A stretch of DNA of 64,000 bases from Actinomycetota bacterium (GCA_052387235.1 JBQTJJ010000033.1:4052-68051), one strand, 5' to 3'; shown: positions 37,550 through 47,635, counted from the stretch's first letter. Translations and numbers: made by a program. Notes: generated by a model not told the origin, from the letters alone.

Positions 37550-39022
37550 TCAGCACACCTTCCGGCGGGCGGCGTCGGCCCGGTGGCCCGAGAGGGACCA
37601 CGACGGCAGGTCGCCGGCGCCGTCGTCCGGCGTGGCGCACAGCCGGTCCAGGACCACCCGGCGGGCGACGGGGTCGAGGCGGGGGAGGGCGTCGACGAGA
37701 GCCGGGACGGCGTCGTCGGACAGGCCGAGCAGGGTGCCGGTGTCGAGGCGCCCGGTCCGCTGGTAGTTGGCCACGTTCCGCTCCACCACCACCGCCTCCA
37801 GGCCCATCACGTTGAGGGCCAGGAGGCAGAGCAGGCCGGCGCCGACGGCGGCCGGCACCAGCCACCGCCGGCGCCGGTGCACCCCGGCCAGGGAGAGCGC
37901 CAGCAGCACGAACACGGCGCCGACCCACACGGCGAACACCACGGCGAAGAGGCGGGCCAGCGTGAGCCCGTACGCCTGCTCGTAGAGGTGGAGCCGGCGC
38001 ACCGCCACGACCACGATCACCAGGGTCAGCGCCACCGCCGCCTCGGCCAGGATCGTGAAGGTGCGCCGCCGGCCCGGGGTGTCGAGGTCGGCGGCGGCCC
38101 GCACCGACAGGAGCACGCCGAGGGTCAAGGTGGCGGCGGCGAGGAGCTGGAAGAAGCCGGACCGGGCGTACTCGGCGTAGGTGAGGCCGGCCGTGTCGAG
38201 CACGTGCCGGGCCCCGCCCGCCAGCGTGACCAGCTGGGACACCCCGAAGGCGGTGTAGAGGGCCACCAGGGCGCCGACGACGGTGGCCGCCTCGACGTAG
38301 CCCAGCCGGGAGCGGGGCGCCGGCAGGGGCGCGGGGCTCACGGACGACGCCATGCGCAGCAGGCCGGCGCCGCCCCACACCCCGAGCCCGAGGAGGACGG
38401 CATGGACCACCAGGTCGCCGGCGTCGAAGCTGAGGTCGAACCACGACGCGAACACCGGGTCGGCGGCGCCGAGCAGCAGGCCGAGGAGCAGGACCAGCGG
38501 CGCCGCCAGCAGCGCCCCCCGGGCGGCCGGGGCCCAGGCCCGGGGCCGGTCCTCACGGTGGGAGAGCGACGGCCCTCCGCCCCCGAGGAGGAAGGCGGGG
38601 CCGGCGGCGCCGTGGGCCACGGCCACGAGGCCCCGGCGGGCCAGGTCGGGAAGGGTGAGGTCGAGGGGGTCGCCACCCCGGGCCAGCGACGCGGCCAGGG
38701 CCAGGAGGCCGGCCGCCGCGCCCATGTCCAGGAGGACGACGGGCGCGCTGGCCCGGACGGCGAGGAACAGCCCGAACACCGGCGCGGCCAGGGCCAGGAG
38801 CCGGGCCGGCGGGTTGACCAGGCGGCCGCTCCCCACCAGGCCGGCCGCCACCACCACCACGAACAGGGAGCCGGCCAGGGTGGGCGGACCCGACCAGCCG
38901 ACCAGGTCGGTTGCCACGGCCATGGCCGCGACGGCCACGAGGGCGGTGCGGTCCACGCTGCGCACCACGGTGAGGTCGGTGACCAGGTCGGGCGGGGCCA
39001 GCTCGGGGCGGGCCGTGCTCAC
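37550..39022 (-). CDS. Polytopic membrane protein (DUF4153/DUF4173-like)
   Basis: 490 aa with more than 10 TM segments. The soluble C-terminus VVERNVANYQRTGRLDTGTLLGLSDDAVPALV resembles that family. GTG overlaps the kinase stop. Confidence 0.6.
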   Translation of the reverse strand: MSTARPELAPPDLVTDLTVVRSVDRTALVAVAAMAVATDLVGWSGPPTLAGSLFVVVVAAGLVGSGRLVNPPARLLALAAPVFGLFLAVRASAPVVLLDMGAAAGLLALAASLARGGDPLDLTLPDLARRGLVAVAHGAAGPAFLLGGGGPSLSHREDRPRAWAPAARGALLAAPLVLLLGLLLGAADPVFASWFDLSFDAGDLVVHAVLLGLGVWGGAGLLRMASSVSPAPLPAPRSRLGYVEAATVVGALVALYTAFGVSQLVTLAGGARHVLDTAGLTYAEYARSGFFQLLAAATLTLGVLLSVRAAADLDTPGRRRTFTILAEAAVALTLVIVVVAVRRLHLYEQAYGLTLARLFAVVFAVWVGAVFVLLALSLAGVHRRRRWLVPAAVGAGLLCLLALNVMGLEAVVVERNVANYQRTGRLDTGTLLGLSDDAVPALVDALPRLDPVARRVVLDRLCATPDDGAGDLPSWSLSGHRADAARRKVC

Positions 39023-40023
39023 CGGGCGGCTCCCGGGAGCACCACGACCATGCGGCAGCCGTGCGGCTCACGTCGCTCGGGACGGATCTCGCCGCCATGC
39101 AGGTCGACGATCCAGCGGGCGATGGCCAGGCCCAGCCCGGCGCCCCCACCGCGGGAGGAGCGGGCCGCGTCCGACCGGTAGAAGCGCTCGAAGACGCGCA
39201 CCGCCTCGTCGTCGGGGATGCCGGGCCCGTCGTCGCTCACCTCGATGGTGACCCGGGACCGGTCCGAGCCCGTGGCCCGGAGCTGGACGCGGCCGCCGGC
39301 CGGCGAGTGGCGCACGGCGTTCTCCAGCAGGTTGGCCACGACCTGGCGTACCCGGTCGGGGTCGCCGTCGACGGACAGGTCGGCCGGCTCCACCGCCAGC
39401 TCCAGCTCGACGGCCGGCGCATGGAGCCGGCACTCCTCCGCCGCGTCGGCCAGCACCTCGTCCAGGCGGAACGGCCGGCGCTCGAGCGGGGCCGCGCCCG
39501 ACTCCAGCCGGGACAGGTCGAGCAGCTGGGCCACCAGCCGGCCCAGGCGCTCGACCTGGCGCAGCATGGCGGCCATGGTGTCGGGGTCGGGCGGCTCCAC
39601 CCCGTCCACCACGTTCTCGAGGACGGCCTGGAGGGCGGTGATGGGCGTGCGCAGCTCGTGGGAGGCGTTGGCCACCAGGTCGCGGCGGGCCCGGTCCACC
39701 GCTGCCAGCTCGGAGGCCATGGCGTTGAAGGCCCGGGCCAGCTCGCCCACCTCGTCCTGGGACGAGGCCGTGACCCGCCGGCCGTAGTCGCCGCCGGCCA
39801 TGGCCCGGGCCGCGCCCGCCATCTCCCGCAGCGGCGACGTCATCCCCCGGGCCAGGAGCTGCACCATGGCCAGGGCCAGTGCGGCCGAGATGACCGGCCT
39901 GAGCAGCAGGGGGACGCCGAGGCGGAAGCCCACCGAGCTGACCAGGGTGCTGACGGCGACGGCCACCACGATGGCGACGCCCAGCTTCATCTTGATGGAC
40001 GGGAGGCGGTCGAGCGGCCTCAC
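39019..40023 (-). CDS. Sensor histidine kinase (two TM segments with a minimal loop, HAMP, HisKA, HATPase_c)
   Basis: H-box ASHELRTPITAL, N-box LLENAVRHSP, G-boxes DDGPGIP / GGGAGLGLAI. GTG overlaps the regulator stop. Confidence 0.9.
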   Translation of the reverse strand: MRPLDRLPSIKMKLGVAIVVAVAVSTLVSSVGFRLGVPLLLRPVISAALALAMVQLLARGMTSPLREMAGAARAMAGGDYGRRVTASSQDEVGELARAFNAMASELAAVDRARRDLVANASHELRTPITALQAVLENVVDGVEPPDPDTMAAMLRQVERLGRLVAQLLDLSRLESGAAPLERRPFRLDEVLADAAEECRLHAPAVELELAVEPADLSVDGDPDRVRQVVANLLENAVRHSPAGGRVQLRATGSDRSRVTIEVSDDGPGIPDDEAVRVFERFYRSDAARSSRGGGAGLGLAIARWIVDLHGGEIRPERREPHGCRMVVVLPGAAR

Positions 40024-40694
40024 GCGTCGGGCTCCGCCGCGTACCCCACGCCGTGCACGGTGCGGATCGTCCCGGCGCCGAGCTTGCGGCGCAGCGACCG
40101 GATGTGGGAGTCGACGGTGCGGGCGCCCGAGCCGTCCCGGTAGCCCCAGACCTCGGCCAGCAGCTGGTCCCTGGTGAACACCACCCCGGGCCGCCCCGCC
40201 AGCAGGGACAGCAGGTCGAACTCGGTGGGGGTGACGTGGACGGACTGGCCCCGCAGCCGCACCCTGCGGCTGGCCGCCTCGATCTCCACCTGGCCCAGCC
40301 GGGCCGGGGCGCCGGCGGCGTCGGCCCGCTCCACCCGGCGGAGGATGGCCCGCACCCGCGCCACCAGCTCGCGGGGGCTGAACGGCTTGGTGAGGTAGTC
40401 GTCAGCCCCCACGGCCAGCCCCACCAGCAGGTCGGTCTCGGAGTCGCGGGCCGTCAGCATCAGCACCGGCACGGGCCGGTCCTTCTGGATGCGCCGGCAC
40501 ACCTCCAGCCCGTCCATGCCGGGCAGCATCAGGTCGAGAACGACCAGGTCGGGCGCTGTGCGCGCCACCAGCTCCACCGCCGCCGGCCCGTCATGGGCGA
40601 CCGCCGTCTCGAAACCCTCGCTCCGGAGCCGGGCCTCGACGGCGGCGGCGATCTCCTCCTCGTCGTCCACGATGACGACGCGCGGCGCTCCCAC
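40020..40694 (-). CDS. OmpR-family response regulator
   Basis: Receiver VVIVDDEEE...DLVVLDLMLPGMDG...DDYLTKPF, and a wHTH ending TVHGVGYAAEPDA. Start is set at the GTG at 40694; the track ORF extends to 41876. Confidence 0.9.
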   Translation of the reverse strand: MGAPRVVIVDDEEEIAAAVEARLRSEGFETAVAHDGPAAVELVARTAPDLVVLDLMLPGMDGLEVCRRIQKDRPVPVLMLTARDSETDLLVGLAVGADDYLTKPFSPRELVARVRAILRRVERADAAGAPARLGQVEIEAASRRVRLRGQSVHVTPTEFDLLSLLAGRPGVVFTRDQLLAEVWGYRDGSGARTVDSHIRSLRRKLGAGTIRTVHGVGYAAEPDA

Positions 40695-40765
40695 GGACCC
40701 GAGGATACGGAGCGCCTGTCGAGATGTCCCCGGCGGGGCGTGGAGATCCGGTGCAGACCGGGCGG

Positions 40766-41797
40766 TCAGGGGGCGGCGGTGGTGGAGGTGGACGAGGTGG
40801 TGGTCGACGCCGGCGGCTGGGTGGTCGTGGTCGTCGCCGGCGCGGTGGTCGTCGTGGTGGGCGTGGGGGGCGTGGGGGGCGTGGGGGGCGTGGAGGTGGC
40901 CGGCTCGGGGGGGACCGTCGTGGTGGGGACCGCCACGATGGTCGTCGTGGGCGTGGCCGCGGTCGTGGAGGTGGTGGCGGCGGGGGCGGTGGACACTCTC
41001 CGGAGGGGTACCGGGGCCGCCGTGGTGGCCGGCAGGGTCGTCACGGCCGTGGTCTCGGGAACGGGCTGGACCGGCGCCTCGCCCAGGGCCGGAGCGGTGG
41101 CGGGAGGCGAGGCCTCGAGGGGCGTGGGGGTGGTGGCCGGGGCGGTCGGCGGCGCTGTGGTCGTGATCTCCCGGGATGGCGTGTCCCGCAGGCCGGGCAG
41201 GGTGGCCCCCGCCGCCGTCACCGCCAGCACGAAGGCGGCGGCCACCAGGACGCGGGGCCGGCGGCCGCGCCTGCGGTGGCGCCGGCGGCCGGGCCGGCGG
41301 GCCGGCGCCGGGAGCGGGGGAGGCACCGGGTCGTCGAGCCCGTCGAGGTCCACGTCGTCCTCGTCGTCGCCCGCCCGGTCCGGGCCATCGAGGTCGGCGC
41401 CCAGGGTGTAGAGGGTGGCAGCGTGCAGCAGGGACATGGTCCCGGCCCACCGGCCGTCCTCGTCGCCGGCCCCGTCCTCGTCGCCGGTGGGGGCGTACCC
41501 GGCGCCGGCCCACGTCGCCTCGGCGGCCCGGTCGGACGGGTCCCCGGCGCCGGCGGGGGGAGCGCCCTCGCCGAAGACGGCGGCGTCCCAGGCGTCCGAT
41601 CCCAGGGTGTAGAGGGTGGCGGCCCGCAGCAGAGGGAAGCCGGCCTCGTCGCCGGCGTCCTCGAGCGGCCGGCCCGGGCCGGCGGCCGGCCCGGACTCGT
41701 CCCCGGCCGGATGGGCCCCGCCCGACGCGGCCCAGTCGGGTCCTTCGTGGCGGCGCCGGCCCGGCGCCGCCCGCCGGTGACGGAGGCGGAGGGGCAC
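40766..41797 (-). CDS. Hypothetical single-pass protein: acidic N-terminal region with a duplicated LL(R/H)AATLYTLG motif, TM segment, Pro/Thr-rich C-terminus
   Basis: This is the C-terminal part of track ORF 40766..43351. It has a TM segment (VLVAAAFVLAVTAAGATL), a PT-rich tail (TPPTPPTPPTP) and high G/C third positions. The 5' end is uncertain: GTG at 41797/41803, or a minimal ATG at 41437. Confidence 0.4.
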   Translation of the reverse strand: MPLRLRHRRAAPGRRRHEGPDWAASGGAHPAGDESGPAAGPGRPLEDAGDEAGFPLLRAATLYTLGSDAWDAAVFGEGAPPAGAGDPSDRAAEATWAGAGYAPTGDEDGAGDEDGRWAGTMSLLHAATLYTLGADLDGPDRAGDDEDDVDLDGLDDPVPPPLPAPARRPGRRRHRRRGRRPRVLVAAAFVLAVTAAGATLPGLRDTPSREITTTAPPTAPATTPTPLEASPPATAPALGEAPVQPVPETTAVTTLPATTAAPVPLRRVSTAPAATTSTTAATPTTTIVAVPTTTVPPEPATSTPPTPPTPPTPTTTTTAPATTTTTQPPASTTTSSTSTTAAP

Positions 41798-42057
41798 TCG
41801 CACTTCTTCGGCAGGCCGGGGGCGCAGTAAAGCGGTACTGCGCCCGATCCGGCCGATCTTCGGCCTTGCGCGGCATTCGGGTGCCCAGGGCGTTTCGTGG
41901 TGGACGCCGGCGCGGACCGTTTCGTCGATCTTGGGCACCAACTGCCCGGCGGAGGCGTAGTATTCCGGTGGAAGTTCCGGCGGCGGACGGTAGTCCCGTC
42001 CGGCGACCGAACGGCCGCCCCCGCGGGACGGTACCCGCCTGCCGTCCTGCGGGGGAC

Positions 42058-43410
42058 CTATCCGGCCCGGCCCACGGCCCGGCGGGCGGCGGCCCGCCCC
42101 TGGGCGACGCAGGCCGCGATCCCGAGGCCCCGGTAGGCGGCGCCGGCCAGGGTCACCGCCGGCAGGTCGCGCGCCAGCGCGTCCTCCACCCGGTCCACCC
42201 GGGCCAGGTGGCCGGGACGGTACTGGGGAAAGGCGTGGACCCAGCGGGTCACCCGCGCCACCCTGGGCCGGGCCTCGAGGCCGAGGGCCTGGGCCAGCTC
42301 GCCGTGGAGGTGGCCGGCCAGGGCGTCGTCCGTCATCGACAGGGCCCGCTCGTCCCCCCACCGCCCGGCCGACGCCCGCAGCACCAGCTCCCCGGGCCCG
42401 GCCCAGTGGGGCCACTTGGCCGAGGCGAAGGAGCAGGCGGTGAGGAGCCGGCCCTCGGAGGCCGGGACCAGGAAGCCGGTGCCGGCAGGTGGCCGGGGGA
42501 GGGCCGACGAGGGGTAGACGAGCACGGCCATGGCCACCGACGCGTACGCCACGTCCCGCAGCTCCGCCGCGGCCGCCGGGCTGGCCGGCTCCACCAGCCC
42601 GGCCGCGGCCGCGGCCGGCGTCGTGACCACGGTGGCGTCGAACCCGGGGACGGGCACCGCCTCCACCGCGTGGCCCGTCGCCACCGCCACGCCCCGGGCC
42701 CGCAGCTCCTCCTCCAGGCGGGTGACGAGCCGCCCGAGGCCACCCCGCAGCGACGCGAACAGCGGAGCGCCGCCGCCGCCGGCGGCCGGCTCCCGCACGC
42801 CCCGGAGCCCCCGCAGCAGGCTGCGGGAGCGGGCCGCGTCGGCCAGCTGGGCCGCCGCCGCCCGCGCGCTCAGCAGCTCGGAGGGGCCGGCGTGGATGCC
42901 GCCCACCAGGGGGTCCACCACCCGGGCGTGCACCTGCCGCCCGAGGCGGCGCCCCACCACGTCGGCCACCGACGGGTCCGCCGGCCACCGGGTGGCCGGG
43001 AGCACGAGGTCGAGGGCGGCCCGGGCCGCACCGGCGGGCGTGACCAGCCCGGCCCGCACGAGCCGGGCCAGGTGGCCCGCCCCGGCCGGCGCCCCGAGCA
43101 CCAGGCCGGGCGGCAGCGGCCGCAGCCTCCCCCGGGTCCAGATGGCGGCCCCCTCGGCCGCCGGGTGCACCAGCTCGGCCTCCAGCCCCAGCCGGTGGCA
43201 CAGCTCCAGGGCGTGGGGGACGCGGGCCAGGAAGGCGTCGGGGCCCAGGTCGACGGGCCGGCCGCCGACGTCCTCGGTGAGGATGCGGCCCCCGAGGCGG
43301 GGCCCGGCCTCGAACAGCGTCACCGAGGCGCCGGCCTCCACCGCCTCCCACGCCGCGGCCAGGCCGGTGATGCCGCCGCCCACCACGGCCACGGCCGGGC
43401 CGGGGCTCAC
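42058..43410 (-). CDS. hemY: Protoporphyrinogen/coproporphyrinogen III oxidase (HemY/CgoX)
   Basis: FAD motif VAVVGGGITGLAAAWE, 450 aa. GTG overlaps the ferrochelatase stop (GTGA). The track ORF to 44409 is over-extended. Confidence 0.85.
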   Translation of the reverse strand: MSPGPAVAVVGGGITGLAAAWEAVEAGASVTLFEAGPRLGGRILTEDVGGRPVDLGPDAFLARVPHALELCHRLGLEAELVHPAAEGAAIWTRGRLRPLPPGLVLGAPAGAGHLARLVRAGLVTPAGAARAALDLVLPATRWPADPSVADVVGRRLGRQVHARVVDPLVGGIHAGPSELLSARAAAAQLADAARSRSLLRGLRGVREPAAGGGGAPLFASLRGGLGRLVTRLEEELRARGVAVATGHAVEAVPVPGFDATVVTTPAAAAAGLVEPASPAAAAELRDVAYASVAMAVLVYPSSALPRPPAGTGFLVPASEGRLLTACSFASAKWPHWAGPGELVLRASAGRWGDERALSMTDDALAGHLHGELAQALGLEARPRVARVTRWVHAFPQYRPGHLARVDRVEDALARDLPAVTLAGAAYRGLGIAACVAQGRAAARRAVGRAG

Positions 43411-44321
43411 GGGGACGCGAGCCGGTCGCGCACCACCGAGGCGAGCAGGGCCACGAACCCGGGGTCGTCGTCGAACGACGCGGTGCGCTCCAGGGCCAGC
43501 CCGGCGCCCTCGGCCACCCGGCGGGCCTCGATGTCCACGTCGTAGAGGACCTCGAGGTGGTCCGACACGAACCCGGCCGGGCACACCACCACGCCTTCCA
43601 CCCCCTCGGCCGGGAGGGCCCGGAGCACCTCCAGGATGTCGGGCCCGATCCAGGGGTCGGCGGTGCGCCCCGCGCTCTGCCACGCCACCCGCCACCGGTC
43701 CAGCCCGGCTGCCGCCGCCACCGCCCCGGCCGTCTCCTCCAGCTGGCTCGGGTAGGAGGGCAGGTCCAGGTGGCGGGCCCGCTCCGGCAGGGAGTGGGCG
43801 GTCACGAGCGTCTCCACCACGGCGCCGGCCGCCACCGGGAGACGGGCCCGCGCCGCCGCCACCCGCCCGGCCAGCAGCCGGATCAGCTCCGGGTGGCGGT
43901 GCCAGGCGCCCACGCCCCGGTAGGCGGCGCCGCCGGCCGCCGCCGCCCGGTCGTGGTACTGGCCCACGCTGAGGGCCGAGTAGTGGGGGGCCAGCACCAG
44001 GCCCACCACCTCGGTGGCGCCGGCCTCCACCAGCTCGGCCATGCCGTCCTCCACGTAGGGGGCGGCGTGTTTCTGGCCCAGGGCCACCACGAACCCGTCG
44101 CCGAGGGCGGCGGCCAGGCCCGAGACCTGGGCCCGGGTGCGGGCGGCCAGGGGCGAGATGCCGCCGATGGCGTCGTAGCGGCGCCGCAGGTCGGCCAGCA
44201 GCTCCGGCGTGGGCGGCCGCCCCCGGCGGATGTGGGTGTAGTACGCCTCGACGTCGTCGGGCGAGGCCGGCGTGCCGTAGGCCATCACCAGCACGCCGGT
44301 GGGGCGCCCCCCGTCCCCCAC
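43407..44321 (-). CDS. hemH: Ferrochelatase (coproporphyrin ferrochelatase type)
   Basis: VLVMAYGTP...YYTHIRRGR.P, and later HSLP and FVSDHLEVLYDVD. Confidence 0.9.
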   Translation of the reverse strand: MGDGGRPTGVLVMAYGTPASPDDVEAYYTHIRRGRPPTPELLADLRRRYDAIGGISPLAARTRAQVSGLAAALGDGFVVALGQKHAAPYVEDGMAELVEAGATEVVGLVLAPHYSALSVGQYHDRAAAAGGAAYRGVGAWHRHPELIRLLAGRVAAARARLPVAAGAVVETLVTAHSLPERARHLDLPSYPSQLEETAGAVAAAAGLDRWRVAWQSAGRTADPWIGPDILEVLRALPAEGVEGVVVCPAGFVSDHLEVLYDVDIEARRVAEGAGLALERTASFDDDPGFVALLASVVRDRLASP

Positions 44322-44323
44322 TG

Positions 44324-45364
44324 CTACCCGCCGGCGCCCGCCGGCCAGGCGTGCACCAGGTCCACCACCCGGGCCAGCACGCCGGGGTCGGTGTCGGGCA
44401 GCACGCCATGGCCGAGGTTGAACACGTGGCCCACGCCGCCGCCGGCGGCCAGGACCTTCGTGGTCTCAGCCGCCACCACCTCGTCCGGCGCCAGGCAGAT
44501 GGCGGGGTCGAGGTTGCCCTGGAGGGCCCTGCCCGGCCCGACCCGGCGCCGGGCCCGGTCCAGCGGGACCCGCCAGTCCACGCCCACCACGTCGGGACCG
44601 GCCGCGCCCAGCAGCTCCAGCAGCTCGCCGGTGCCCACCCCGAAGTGGATCCGGGGCACGTCGAGGTCGGCCAGGCCCTCGAAGATGCGCCGGCTGGCCG
44701 GCAGCACCAGCTCGGCGTAGTCGGCCGGCGACAGGGCGCCGGCCCAGCTGTCGAAGAGCTGCACGGCCGAGGCGCCGGCCGCCACCTGGGCCCGGAGCGA
44801 GGCCAGCGCCATGTCGGCCAGCGCCTCCAGCAGCGCCGCCCACGTGGACGGCTCGGCGTGCATCAGGGCCTTGGTGCGGGCGTAGGTGCGGGACGGCCCG
44901 CCCTCGATCAGGTAGCTCGCCACCGTGAACGGGGCGCCGGCGAAGCCGATGAGGGGGACGTCCAGCTCGGCCGTGACCAGCCGCACCGCCTCCAGCACGT
45001 AGGGGACGTCGGCCTCCGGCTCGAGGGGGCGCAGCCGGGCCAGGTCGTCCTTGGTGCGGAAGGGGTCGGGCACCACCGGGCCCACGCCGGGCACCACGTC
45101 CACGCCGAAGCCGACGGCGGCCACCGGCACCACGATGTCGGAGTAGAGGATGGCGGCGTCGACCCCGTAGCGCCGCACCGGCTGGAGGGTGATCTCGGCC
45201 GCCAGGTCGGGCTGGCGGATCACGTCGAGGATGCTGCCCACCCCGCGGATCCGGCGGTACTCGGGGAGCGAGCGCCCGGCCTGGCGCATGAACCACACCG
45301 GCACCCGCGGCGCGGGCCGGCCCCGGCAGGCCAGGAGGAACGGGTCGTCGTCGGGCGCGGCCAC
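44324..45364 (-). CDS. hemE: Uroporphyrinogen decarboxylase
   Basis: [16 protein letters not shown] signature, 346 aa, GTG start. Confidence 0.95.
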   Translation of the reverse strand: MAAPDDDPFLLACRGRPAPRVPVWFMRQAGRSLPEYRRIRGVGSILDVIRQPDLAAEITLQPVRRYGVDAAILYSDIVVPVAAVGFGVDVVPGVGPVVPDPFRTKDDLARLRPLEPEADVPYVLEAVRLVTAELDVPLIGFAGAPFTVASYLIEGGPSRTYARTKALMHAEPSTWAALLEALADMALASLRAQVAAGASAVQLFDSWAGALSPADYAELVLPASRRIFEGLADLDVPRIHFGVGTGELLELLGAAGPDVVGVDWRVPLDRARRRVGPGRALQGNLDPAICLAPDEVVAAETTKVLAAGGGVGHVFNLGHGVLPDTDPGVLARVVDLVHAWPAGAGG

Positions 45365-45427
45365 CCGTCGACCCTACCGGCGCCCGGGGCCGCCGGGCCC
45401 GGCGCCGGTCCCCCCACTACACTGCAA

Positions 45428-45448
45428 CGTTCCCTCGTGCAGGGAACG
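45428..45448. promoter_or_regulatory. Perfect 8-bp inverted repeat in the hemE/helD divergent intergenic region
   Basis: CGTTCCCT-cgtgc-AGGGAACG, 25 nt upstream of the helD GTG and 64 nt upstream of the hemE GTG. Confidence 0.3.
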
Positions 45449-45472
45449 AGGCCGTTCGGTCGAGAGGAGTTC

Positions 45473-47635
45473 GTGGCCTCACATCCGGACCTGCAAGCGG
45501 AGCAGGCGCACATCGACCGCGCCTACGGGCGGGTGGCGGCGCTGCGCGCCGCCGCCTCCGAGCTGCTGGAGACCGTCCTGCGCCAGCGGGGGGCCACGCC
45601 GGGGTCCCTGGCCGAGCGCGACGTCATCGTCCGCACAACCCTGGCCCGCCTCGAGCAGCTCGACGTGGGCCGGGAGTCGCTCTGCTTCGGCCGGATCGAC
45701 CGGGAGGACGGCGAGGCCTTCCACATCGGGCGCCTGGCCGTGTCGGCCGAGGACCAGGAGCCCCTGGTCGTGGACTGGCGGGCGCCGGTGGCCGAGCCGT
45801 TCTACCGGGCCACGGGCGTGGCGACCATGGGCCTGGTGCGCCGGCGCCACTTCCTCACCGAGGGCCGGCGCCTGCTGGGCATCGAGGACGAGGTCTTCGG
45901 CCGCCTCGACGGCGGGAGGGCCGGCGAGGGCGACACCCTCGTGGACGGCCAGCCCGGGTCGGGCGCCCTGCTCGGGGCCCTGGAGCGGGTGCGATCGGGG
46001 CGCATGCGCGACATCGTCGCCACCGTCCAGAAGGAGCAGGACGAGGTCATCCGGGCCGACCTGCCCGGCGTGCTGGTCGTGCAGGGCGGGCCGGGTACCG
46101 GCAAGACGGCCGTGGCCCTCCACCGGGCCGCCTACCTGCTGTACACCCACCGCTTCCCCCTGGAGCGCCAGGGCGTCCTGGTGGTGGGCCCCAACCCGCT
46201 GTTCCTGCGCTACATCGAGCAGGTGCTGCCCTCGCTCGGGGAGAGCGGCGTGGTCCTCACCACCATCGAGGGACTGGTCCCGGATGCCCGGGTGCGGGCC
46301 GCCGACACGGCCGAGGCGGCCGCCCTCAAGGCCGACCCCCGCATGGCGGACCTGGTGGCCAACGCCGTGGCCGACCGCCAGCGCGGCCTGCGCCACGACG
46401 TCGAGGTCGGCTACGAGGGCTTCCTGCTGCGGATCACGGCCGCGGCCAGCCGGCGGATCGTGGCCGGCGTCCGGCGCCGGCCCGGCACCCACAACGCCCG
46501 CCGGCGCCAGGTGGAGACCCTGGTGAGCCGCATGCTCCACCAGCAGTACCAGGAGGGGGTCGAGCGCCGGAGGCGCGTGGGCCTGGGCCGGGCCGGCGAC
46601 GAGGACGACGGGGGCGACGAGCTGGGCCAGGCCACCATCGGCGAGCAGGAGCTGTGGGGCACGCTGCGGGCGATGCCGGCGGTGGCCGGCGCCCTGCAGC
46701 GGATGTGGCCCGTCCTCCTTCCCGAGGAGCTGCTGCACGACCTGTACGGCGCCCCCGCCCTGGTGCGACTGGCCGCCCGTGGCCGCCTCGACGAGGCCGA
46801 GCAGGCCCTGCTGGTCCGGCCCCGCAGCGAAGTCCTCGAGCAGATCCCGTGGACGGCGGGCGACCTTCCCCTGCTGGACGAGGCGCGGGTGCTGCTGGGC
46901 CCCCGCCGGCCCGGTGCCCGCCGCGGCGGCGAGATCCGCTCCTACGGGCACATCGTGGTCGACGAGGCCCAGGACCTCACGCCGCTCCAGCTGCGCATGC
47001 TGTCGCGCCGCTCGCTGTCCGGGTCGATGACGGTGGCCGGCGACATCGCCCAGGCCACCGGTCCCCGGGCCCTGTCGCGCTGGGACGAGGTCACGTCGTT
47101 CCTTCCCGCGGCCCGCCCGCACCGGGTGGTGGAGCTGAGCGTGAACTACCGCACGCCGGCCGAGGTGATGGCCCTGGCCAGCCGGGTGCTGGCCGTGACC
47201 GCCCCCCACCTCCGCCCGCCCCTGTCGGCCCGCAGCACGGGCCGGCCGCCGGCGACGGTGGCGGCCGAGGGGCCGTGCCTGGCGTCGCGGGCGGCCGAGG
47301 TGGCGGCCGGGGAGGCGGCGGCAGTGGTCCCCGGCACGGTGGCGGTGGTGGTCCCCCCGTCGCTGCACGCCCCGGTGGAGCAGGCCCTGGCCGACGCCGG
47401 CGTGGACTTCGCCCCCGCCGGCCGCGACAACCTCGACGCCCCGGTCACCCTCATCCCGGTGAGCATGGTCAAGGGCCTGGAGTTCGACGCCGTCGTGGTG
47501 GTGGAGCCGGCCCGGCTGGTGGCCGAGGCACCCCAGGGGCTGCGGGCCCTGTACGTGGCCCTGACCCGGGCCACCCAGCGCCTCACCCTCGTACACGCCG
47601 ATCCGCTGCCCGAGGTGATTCGACCCGAGGGATGA
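45473..47635 (+). CDS. helD: HelD-type (helicase IV-like) UvrD superfamily ATPase
   Basis: N-terminal coiled region with CFGRID...HIGR...VDWRAP..EPFY, then Walker A GGPGTGKT. The C-terminus has VVDEAQDL and GLEFD. Start is the GTG at 45473 after GAGAGGAG; the track ORF N-terminus (44351-45472) is antisense to hemE. Confidence 0.85.
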   Translation: MASHPDLQAEQAHIDRAYGRVAALRAAASELLETVLRQRGATPGSLAERDVIVRTTLARLEQLDVGRESLCFGRIDREDGEAFHIGRLAVSAEDQEPLVVDWRAPVAEPFYRATGVATMGLVRRRHFLTEGRRLLGIEDEVFGRLDGGRAGEGDTLVDGQPGSGALLGALERVRSGRMRDIVATVQKEQDEVIRADLPGVLVVQGGPGTGKTAVALHRAAYLLYTHRFPLERQGVLVVGPNPLFLRYIEQVLPSLGESGVVLTTIEGLVPDARVRAADTAEAAALKADPRMADLVANAVADRQRGLRHDVEVGYEGFLLRITAAASRRIVAGVRRRPGTHNARRRQVETLVSRMLHQQYQEGVERRRRVGLGRAGDEDDGGDELGQATIGEQELWGTLRAMPAVAGALQRMWPVLLPEELLHDLYGAPALVRLAARGRLDEAEQALLVRPRSEVLEQIPWTAGDLPLLDEARVLLGPRRPGARRGGEIRSYGHIVVDEAQDLTPLQLRMLSRRSLSGSMTVAGDIAQATGPRALSRWDEVTSFLPAARPHRVVELSVNYRTPAEVMALASRVLAVTAPHLRPPLSARSTGRPPATVAAEGPCLASRAAEVAAGEAAAVVPGTVAVVVPPSLHAPVEQALADAGVDFAPAGRDNLDAPVTLIPVSMVKGLEFDAVVVVEPARLVAEAPQGLRALYVALTRATQRLTLVHADPLPEVIRPEG

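Noticed and set aside
40860-40895. Short tandem repeats (GGCGTGGGG units), and the 45-nt repeats at 59822-59989, considered as possible CRISPR or non-coding repeat arrays.
   Set aside because: Both lie in frame inside coding regions (TPP and Pro-rich repeats), have no spacers, and there are no cas genes.
41897-42136. A 79-aa plus-strand ORF in the hairpin-rich region downstream of hemY, and small ORFs at 16111..16419 and 16267..16515.
   Set aside because: They show no family resemblance, have poor codon bias, and overlap strong inverted repeats that are better explained as RNA or terminator structure.
44351-45472. The N-terminal 374 codons of the 1094-aa ORF that contains helD.
   Set aside because: This part is antisense to hemE and low-complexity. 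HelD-like sequence begins only at the GTG at 45473, which has its own GAGAGGAG SD.
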